Shown piece by piece: positions 48,824 through 54,854 of a stretch of DNA of 54,854 bases. The notes under the pieces were generated by a model. The model was not told where the DNA came from and searched no databases. It was given only the letters and a program-made list of their open reading frames with translations. Source of the DNA: Actinomycetota bacterium (GTDB lineage: Bacteria; Actinomycetota; Actinomycetes; Nanopelagicales; Nanopelagicaceae); assembly GCA_947505195.1 (NCBI GenBank), contig CANNIM010000001.1, forward strand, positions 1 through 54,854, read 5' to 3'. The position numbers and the translations under genes were made by a program. Numbering within the stretch: the stretch's first letter is position 1; each line of letters starts with the position of its first letter.

Positions 48824-50032
48824 TTAGACCCGACCGCCAGATGGCATTAAGCCCTTAATGCTGTACATATTTGAGAAAATCAAGCCTACTTTTCTAGAAT
48901 TCGCTTCCCACATCATGCCATTTCCAGCATAAATAGTTATGTGGTGAATATTTTGAACTGATCCATCATATGAATAGAAGAGTAAATCTCCGGGCAGAAG
49001 TTCACTAAATGGAACGCGCTTTGAAGCAACGAAATAGAGTGCAGCGTTTAGCCGTCCCCATTGCGGCCAACCTAAACCTGCATCTTTATATGCGGCATAA
49101 ACCAGACCAGAACAGTCAAAAGCATTTGGACCTTGTGCGCCCCAGATATATGGCTTGCGCGCTAAGACTTGTTTCTTTGCATATGCAACCGCTTCAGTTC
49201 TAATTGCCTCATTTGAGCGAATTGTTTGTCTGCCCGTGAATCCCTTATTTGGCCAAACTTTAAATTGATTTGGTGTCTTGGTTGCGGTTGCCGCATTTGA
49301 TTCTTCAAGTAATGCGAGTTGGCGTTGCTGTTCTAAGGTGACGCGGAAATTCTTTGCCTTCGCTAAATCGGCAGCAAGTTTGTTTTGAACTGCACGTAAC
49401 TTACTTACCTCTTTTGCCTGTGCAGCTTTGGCGGTATCCGCGACTTTCTTTGCTTCGGCAACCTTTGCTGTTGCTACTTCTTGAGCTGCTTTGGTTCTAT
49501 CTGCTTCGGCTTTTGCAATCTTTGCTGCGGCCTCAGCTGCTTTAAAACGTTTTAACGCAACTGTGTTGGTGTTTCCAATCTTGTCCAGCGTTGTGAGTTG
49601 GTCAATTAAATCTTGAGGCCCATTCGCACTAAGTAGAACGTTAATATTTGTGAAATCTCCACCAAGTTTGTAGGCATTTGAAGCCATCATTCCTATTACT
49701 CGTGTTGCCTTACCAACTTCGGCTTGGGTCTTTGCCGCATGATCTGCCGCTGCCTGTGCGTTAGCTTTTGCAACTGCCAATTCCTTCAGCGCTTTGTTGT
49801 ATGCAAATTGGGCAGAGTCTGCAATTACTGTTAGTTGATTAAGAGTTTTAGTTGCTGAATTCAGAACTGCTGCCACTTTTTTTGCCGCTGCTGCCTTAGC
49901 TGCTTCTTCCTTCTTCGCGGCTTCGATTTGAGCCACAGTAGGTTTTGGAGTTTTTGCTTGCGAGACTTCAGAACTGAAAGTAGTTAGAGAGATGCCAAAT
50001 GCAATTAAGGTGGCAATAACTCTCTTGGACAT
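48824..50032 (-). CDS. Secreted NlpC/P60 peptidoglycan endopeptidase with coiled-coil stalk
   Basis: Signal peptide, Ala/Lys-rich coiled coil, PYIWGA...FDCSGL...PGDLLFY...HHIT...MWEA (Cys-His-Glu). Confidence 0.9.
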   Translation of the reverse strand: MSKRVIATLIAFGISLTTFSSEVSQAKTPKPTVAQIEAAKKEEAAKAAAAKKVAAVLNSATKTLNQLTVIADSAQFAYNKALKELAVAKANAQAAADHAAKTQAEVGKATRVIGMMASNAYKLGGDFTNINVLLSANGPQDLIDQLTTLDKIGNTNTVALKRFKAAEAAAKIAKAEADRTKAAQEVATAKVAEAKKVADTAKAAQAKEVSKLRAVQNKLAADLAKAKNFRVTLEQQRQLALLEESNAATATKTPNQFKVWPNKGFTGRQTIRSNEAIRTEAVAYAKKQVLARKPYIWGAQGPNAFDCSGLVYAAYKDAGLGWPQWGRLNAALYFVASKRVPFSELLPGDLLFYSYDGSVQNIHHITIYAGNGMMWEANSRKVGLIFSNMYSIKGLMPSGGRV

Positions 50033-50068
50033 CCGCCAAGGATAAAGGTTGAACCTGAGAATTAGCCG

Positions 50069-50094
50069 AAATTAGCGCTCTGTGTCGCTAATTT
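50069..50094 (-). terminator. Possible weak hairpin over the ABC permease stop codon
   Basis: 9-bp inverted repeat AAATTAGCG-N8-CGCTAATTT; no clear U-tract. Confidence 0.25.
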
Positions 50095-50879
50095 GCGACA
50101 TCTCTCTTCTTAAACAAAATTGCAGCAATGGCGCCACCAATAATTAAATAACTTAGAGAGATAGCGATTGAATGTTTGTAGGTTAAATCGGGATTTCCGC
50201 CTTCACCAAGATTGGCAAAATTAATTCCTGGGAGCCATTTTGCAGTGCTATTAATCAACGCAGCTAAAATGTTCTCTAAAATTAGATTCCATAAAACACC
50301 AACTGCAATTGCGCTAATTGGTGATCGAAATAAGAGTCCAAGAATCATGCCAAAAGTTCCAAAACAAAGGGTGGCAAGAAAAATATTCAAAGCGCTCTCG
50401 AAGAGAATGTGCATTGCGGCTGAAGTGCCCCATGCGGTTGTGTCTACTTTTGCCCGTCCAGCAAGGGCATATGAAATAGCGATACTTAAAGCGCCTGCGA
50501 AGAGGACCATGACGAGTGCGAATAACTTCATCGCAATAAATTTTCCGGCAAGAATTTTCATTCGAGATGGCTGGCGAACTAGGAGATTGCGAAGTGTTCC
50601 AAGGGAATATTCCTGGGCTGTTTGAGATGCAAAGATGCAAAGTGCTACAACTCCGAGAAAGGTTCCGACCAACTTAAATCCGTAAACAAGGCCTAGTGCC
50701 TCACTTAGCTCTTTCGGTCCAATACTCTCGCCACGTTTGGTATTTCCATCCTCAGAATCAATCATCAAGAAGACGATTGAGGTAAACAGCGCGCTTAAGC
50801 CACCAACGGTTGCAATAGTTCCTAATAGAAGTGATGGGCGCCGAAGTTTGCGAAGTTCGGCTATTACCACGCGGATCAT
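50088..50879 (-). CDS. ABC-2 type exporter permease
   Basis: AELRKL N-terminus, EYSLGTLRNLL...PSRMKILAGK, C-terminal FKKRDV, six TM segments. Confidence 0.88.
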   Translation of the reverse strand: MIRVVIAELRKLRRPSLLLGTIATVGGLSALFTSIVFLMIDSEDGNTKRGESIGPKELSEALGLVYGFKLVGTFLGVVALCIFASQTAQEYSLGTLRNLLVRQPSRMKILAGKFIAMKLFALVMVLFAGALSIAISYALAGRAKVDTTAWGTSAAMHILFESALNIFLATLCFGTFGMILGLLFRSPISAIAVGVLWNLILENILAALINSTAKWLPGINFANLGEGGNPDLTYKHSIAISLSYLIIGGAIAAILFKKRDVAN

Positions 50880-51793
50880 TTGTTATCCCCTGTCATTTCA
50901 AAGAAAGTTTCTTCTAGCGTTGGTAACACGACCGAGATGGAGGAAAGGGTAATTCCAGAATCGAAGGCCAAGCGATTGATTTCAGCACTTTCTTCTTTCG
51001 CGGCTGCAATGTGTAAACTTCCATCAACAATTACTATTTGGTAGCCAGCTTCGCTTAAGGTGTTTGTAAGTTTAGTTAAATCAACCTCATACTCTGGTCT
51101 CGCAATAATTATTGGCTTTTGTGCCGAAAGTAACTCTTGAGTTCGACCTGAGAAAATAACTTTACCTTCGCGCAACATGACTAAGTATTCACAAATCATT
51201 TCCAATTCACTTAGTATGTGAGAAGAAACAAAGACCGTTGTTCCACCAATTGCTAAATCCCTAATGATTCCGCGGACTTCTTGAATTCCCGATGGATCTA
51301 AACCATTTGTAGGTTCATCTAATATAAGTAGTTCTGGATTTGGAAGAAGCGCCGCGGCAATTCCAAGTCGCTGTTTCATTCCCAGGGAGTAAGTCTTAAA
51401 TTTTGAACCACCGCGATCTGCAAGATCAACTTTTGCAAGCAATTCATCTACGCGAGAGAGCGGAAATCCACCAAGTTCAGCAAGAACTTTTAAGTTTTCA
51501 CGACCAGATAGCGCAGGATAAAATGCTGGTCCCTCAATCATCGCGCCGACTCGTGGCAAGTATTTTTCTGGATGTTTAATGCTCTCACCTAAAACTGTTG
51601 CGCTCCCACCGCTTGGTGTAATTAGTCCAAGCAGCATTCGGATTGTCGTAGTCTTTCCAGAACCGTTGGGGCCTACAAAGCCACAAACCGAACCTGCTGG
51701 GACTACAAAACTTCCATGCGATAACGCTGCACGTCCACCATAAATCTTCGTTAAATCTGATGCAGATATAGCCGATACTGCGGTCTTGTTCAT
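50876..51793 (-). CDS. ABC exporter ATP-binding protein
   Basis: GPNGSGKTT, YSLGMKQRL, LDEPTNGLDP, SSH. Confidence 0.92.
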   Translation of the reverse strand: MNKTAVSAISASDLTKIYGGRAALSHGSFVVPAGSVCGFVGPNGSGKTTTIRMLLGLITPSGGSATVLGESIKHPEKYLPRVGAMIEGPAFYPALSGRENLKVLAELGGFPLSRVDELLAKVDLADRGGSKFKTYSLGMKQRLGIAAALLPNPELLILDEPTNGLDPSGIQEVRGIIRDLAIGGTTVFVSSHILSELEMICEYLVMLREGKVIFSGRTQELLSAQKPIIIARPEYEVDLTKLTNTLSEAGYQIVIVDGSLHIAAAKEESAEINRLAFDSGITLSSISVVLPTLEETFFEMTGDNK

Positions 51794-51822
51794 GTCGACA
51801 CCCTACCTACTAAACTTCGGAC
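51794..51822. promoter_or_regulatory. Back-to-back divergent leaderless promoters
   Basis: TAGGGT (minus, 51800-51805) and TAAACT (plus, 51811-51816), each 6 nt from an ATG. Confidence 0.65.
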
Positions 51823-53058
51823 ATGACTCATCAGCATCGACCTTGGGGATATTCCAACTCTTCAAGCTCTTCCGATGGCGATACACCTGACTGGCAGTTA
51901 CATGAAGAAACACTTGCAGTTAGAGCTGGATTAGCAAGATCAGGTTTTGGTGAAACTAGCGAAGCTATGTATCTAACAAGTGGATACACATATGACAGTG
52001 CAGAACAGGCAGTACATTCCTTTACCGATGAAGTTGATCACTTTGTTTATAGTCGATTCGCGAATCCAACAGTTTCAATGTTTGAACAACGTCTCGCAGC
52101 AATTGAAGGCGCCGAATTCTGTGTAGCTACTGGCTCTGGAATGTCTGCAATGTTCGCTTCAATCGCCTGCATGGTTGAGACCGGAGATCGTGTAGTCGCT
52201 GCGGCTTCAATGTTTAGCTCTTGTTACGTAGTTCTCTCAGAGATATTGCCAAAATGGGGAATCGAAGTTGAATTTGTTAAGGGGAATGATAAAACAGTTT
52301 GGGAGAAGGCTTTAAGTAAAAAGGCAAAGGTTGTATTTATAGAGACGCCAAGCAACCCAATGTTGGAAATTGTTGACCTTAAAATGGTTAGCGATCTTGC
52401 ACATGCGGTGGGCGCTACAGTAATCGTTGACAATGTTATGGCTTCACCTATTTTGCAGAAGCCCCTACTTCATGGCGCTGATGTTGTTATGTACTCGGCA
52501 ACTAAACATATTGATGGCCAAGGAAGAGTTCTAGGTGGAGCAATACTCGGAGGCTTCGATTACATTCAAGGCTATTTAAATCCATTCATTAGACATACCG
52601 GTCCAACGCTGAGTGCTTTCAATGCTTGGGTATTAGTTAAATCGCTGGAGACGCTATCTATGCGCGTGAATAAAATGAATGAGAGTGCTCAGGTAGTTGC
52701 TGAATTTCTGGCAGAACAATCAAAGGTTAAAGATGTAAATTACCCTGGCCTAAAGTCACATGCTGGTTACGAAATTGCCCAGAAGCAAATGTCTGGAGCC
52801 GGAACAACTCTAAGTTTTGAAATATCAGGTGGAACTTCAAAGTTGTTTGAGGTCATGGATGCCTTAAAAGTAATTGATATTTCCAATAATCTTGGCGATA
52901 GCAAGTCACTAATAACTCACCCAGCTTCGACAACTCATCGCCGATTAGATGTAAAAACAAGAGAATCGATGGGGATAACAGATTCACTGGCCCGGCTATC
53001 TATCGGCTTAGAGCACTCTTCAGATTTAATTAAGGATTTACAACAAGCGCTGCGATAA
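51823..53058 (+). CDS. metZ: O-succinylhomoserine sulfhydrylase
   Basis: ETSEAMYLTSGY, YSRFANPT, YSATKHIDGQGRVLGG (PLP Lys), ISNNLGDSKS. Confidence 0.9.
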   Translation: MTHQHRPWGYSNSSSSSDGDTPDWQLHEETLAVRAGLARSGFGETSEAMYLTSGYTYDSAEQAVHSFTDEVDHFVYSRFANPTVSMFEQRLAAIEGAEFCVATGSGMSAMFASIACMVETGDRVVAAASMFSSCYVVLSEILPKWGIEVEFVKGNDKTVWEKALSKKAKVVFIETPSNPMLEIVDLKMVSDLAHAVGATVIVDNVMASPILQKPLLHGADVVMYSATKHIDGQGRVLGGAILGGFDYIQGYLNPFIRHTGPTLSAFNAWVLVKSLETLSMRVNKMNESAQVVAEFLAEQSKVKDVNYPGLKSHAGYEIAQKQMSGAGTTLSFEISGGTSKLFEVMDALKVIDISNNLGDSKSLITHPASTTHRRLDVKTRESMGITDSLARLSIGLEHSSDLIKDLQQALR

Positions 53059-53914
53059 CAAGCAGTAATGAATAAACGCTCAAGTAAGTTATTGACCACT
53101 GGAATAACTTTGCAGCGGCCTTATTGGAATCTGGTCCATCAATTTTTAGTAATTCAAGAGCAAAACCAAGTGCTATTGCAATAGTTATTACCCAACACCA
53201 CCACGGTAGATCAGCGCTCCAGTTCACACCTAGTGAAGTGATAACCATTCCGATTGTATGAAACCACATCTGCTTTTCTACTGATTTAATGGATGCAACG
53301 ACTGGCAGCATCGGAATTCCAGCGGCCGCATAATCATCTCGATATTTAATTGCAAGCGCCCAGAAATGTGGCGGAGTCCAGAAAAATATTACGAGAAAGA
53401 AGAGCCAAGCGGTAAGTGAGAGTGAATTAGTTACTGCAGCCCAACCAATTAGGACCGGCATGCATCCAGCGATTCCGCCCCAAACAATGTTCTGTGAAGT
53501 GCGACGCTTTAACCCAATTGTGTACCCGAATACATAGAAAACTATTGCTGCTGCTGTTAGTACCGTAGCCAGAAGGGTTGTGAAAATCGAGAAGATAGTT
53601 AATGAAATTACTGTCAACGCAGAGGCAAAGATAAATGCCTGGGTTTCAGATATCGCACCACTAACTATTGGACGATTAGCAGTTCTAACCATCAAGCGAT
53701 CTGAATCAACTTCAATAATCATATTAAAAGCATTTGATGCGCCGGCTGCAAGTGTGCCGCCTATTAAGGTCGCAATAGTTAGCCCAAGTGGCGGTACTCC
53801 TTTTGCAGCAAGAAATAGAGCTGGCAGGGTTGTTACGAGTAAGAGCTCAACAACGCGCAACTTCATTAGCGCGATATATGGCGAGGCTTTTAGATTTCTC
53901 AATCCGCTAACCAA
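53030..53914 (-). CDS. ctaB: Protoheme IX farnesyltransferase (heme O synthase)
   Basis: DSDRLMVRTANRP, LKRRTSQNIVWGG, FWTPPHFWALA, DYAAAGIPML. Confidence 0.94.
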   Translation of the reverse strand: MVSGLRNLKASPYIALMKLRVVELLLVTTLPALFLAAKGVPPLGLTIATLIGGTLAAGASNAFNMIIEVDSDRLMVRTANRPIVSGAISETQAFIFASALTVISLTIFSIFTTLLATVLTAAAIVFYVFGYTIGLKRRTSQNIVWGGIAGCMPVLIGWAAVTNSLSLTAWLFFLVIFFWTPPHFWALAIKYRDDYAAAGIPMLPVVASIKSVEKQMWFHTIGMVITSLGVNWSADLPWWCWVITIAIALGFALELLKIDGPDSNKAAAKLFQWSITYLSVYSLLLVIAALVVNP

Positions 53915-54854
53915 TCAACTCTTCGTCCGCAGGTTTCGCTACCGTGGCCAACATTTTATCTATGGTCTTTCGGGCTAAGTCTCGTGAAGTTTCAGTTGGT
54001 TTCAAATAATTTGCAATAACTGCAAATACATATTCATTATTGCCAACCTCGACATATCCGGCCAGGGTTACGGAGGTATTTATCCACCCCGTCTTGGCTT
54101 TAACTAGCCCCTTTGCCGATTTTCCATATTTCTTAAATCTATCTTTCAGTGTTCCAGATTCTCCTGCTACTGGCAGGCCATCATAAATAGCTTGGAATTC
54201 TGGTTCAACCCTTATCTTCCATAGAAGTTCTGCGATTGTACGAGCAGAAACACGATCGTCATGGGAGAGACCACTTCCATCTTTAACACTTAACCCTGCG
54301 TAATTGACGTCAAGACCTTTCAATGTTTCCTGGAAAGCCTCGTTCATTCCATCACTGTCTCGAGTAAATCCCATTTCATCAGAAGCATTTCGCGCTAGGC
54401 GATCTGCCAAAGTGTTGTCACTCCAGAGCAAGGTAAATCCAATAATGTCACTAAGAGGTGGTGAAGAAATTTCAGCGAGCGGTATTAATTCAGGAAGTGT
54501 TTTAACCTCTGCCTTTGTAACTCTCTTGAATTTAACTTTGTTTCCATAAAACGTGCGAAGGTTTTCGATATCTTTAGTAAAGAGTCCATTGAACTCGATA
54601 GTCACGGTTTCGGGATCAACTCCTGTTTGGCCGATAGCGCTAATCAATCTCGTGGATAACGCGCGGTGAAATTTGTTGGCGGAGCTAATGCTAGTAGTTA
54701 GCCATGGGTCGTACTCACCAAGCAAAATAAAACGTTCTGGGTCTGAAGTTGAATTAATTGAGGTCTTAAAGACCTTATCTGCGCAATACGCCTTGATTGC
54801 AGTTACCGATGAGATCAATTTAAGAATTGATGCAGGAGCTCGTGGAACATCAGC
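53907..54854 (-). CDS. dacB: D-alanyl-D-alanine carboxypeptidase/endopeptidase, S13 family (5' end beyond the window)
   Basis: Frame is open to the window edge: ADVPRAPASILK (SxxK), WSDN (SxN), DGSGLS, AKTG. Confidence 0.9.
   Translation of the reverse strand, partial: ADVPRAPASILKLISSVTAIKAYCADKVFKTSINSTSDPERFILLGEYDPWLTTSISSANKFHRALSTRLISAIGQTGVDPETVTIEFNGLFTKDIENLRTFYGNKVKFKRVTKAEVKTLPELIPLAEISSPPLSDIIGFTLLWSDNTLADRLARNASDEMGFTRDSDGMNEAFQETLKGLDVNYAGLSVKDGSGLSHDDRVSARTIAELLWKIRVEPEFQAIYDGLPVAGESGTLKDRFKKYGKSAKGLVKAKTGWINTSVTLAGYVEVGNNEYVFAVIANYLKPTETSRDLARKTIDKMLATVAKPADEELIG

Noticed and set aside
49330-49960. Low-complexity GCT/GCA/TTT-rich stretch
   Set aside because: Explained by the Ala/Lys-rich coiled coil of the NlpC/P60 protein
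51823-51900. Ser-rich N-terminal extension of MetZ
   Set aside because: A short low-complexity tail with no supportable function; the start is supported by the TAAACT element
1-54854. tRNA, rRNA, IS elements, integrases or prophage genes
   Set aside because: All intergenic gaps are about 200 bp or less and none shows a cloverleaf or terminal repeats; no transposase or phage proteins were recognised

Overview
The window is a gene-dense, low-GC (roughly 40-45% by eye) actinobacterial chromosomal segment. Gene content and streamlining point to the freshwater acI lineage (Nanopelagicales); that assignment is inferred. From left to right it holds: nuoA-G (nuoG cut by the window edge); a classical menaquinone cluster (menG, menF, menD, menC, menB, menE, menA) with a solitary bioY; a system II cytochrome c maturation operon; a HAD hydrolase; an XPB-helicase locus (WYL-tailed partner, M20 peptidase, XPB); two convergent secreted proteins; proC; a Cys-rich hypothetical gene; a phototrophy cassette (blh, crtYc, crtYd, a small unknown membrane protein, actinorhodopsin); radA and clpC; the conserved run of lysS, coaX, nadCB, panC, folKBPE, ftsH, hpt and tilS; an NlpC/P60 hydrolase; an ABC exporter pair; metZ; heme O synthase; and a partial dacB. 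I found no rRNA, tRNA, CRISPR array or mobile element. The most notable observations are non-coding or concern missing genes: (1) a bulged-A hairpin resembling the pan RNA motif that covers the panC ribosome-binding site; (2) a two-hairpin leader on the actinorhodopsin mRNA; (3) pervasive leaderless promoters, including two back-to-back divergent pairs; (4) an 18-bp tandem repeat carrying the stop codons of two convergent genes; (5) absence of the rex-hemACDBL block, disA, lsr2, panD and menJ from their usual positions. All calls come from motif recognition by eye, with no database searches, and I cannot demonstrate a novel system from the sequence alone.
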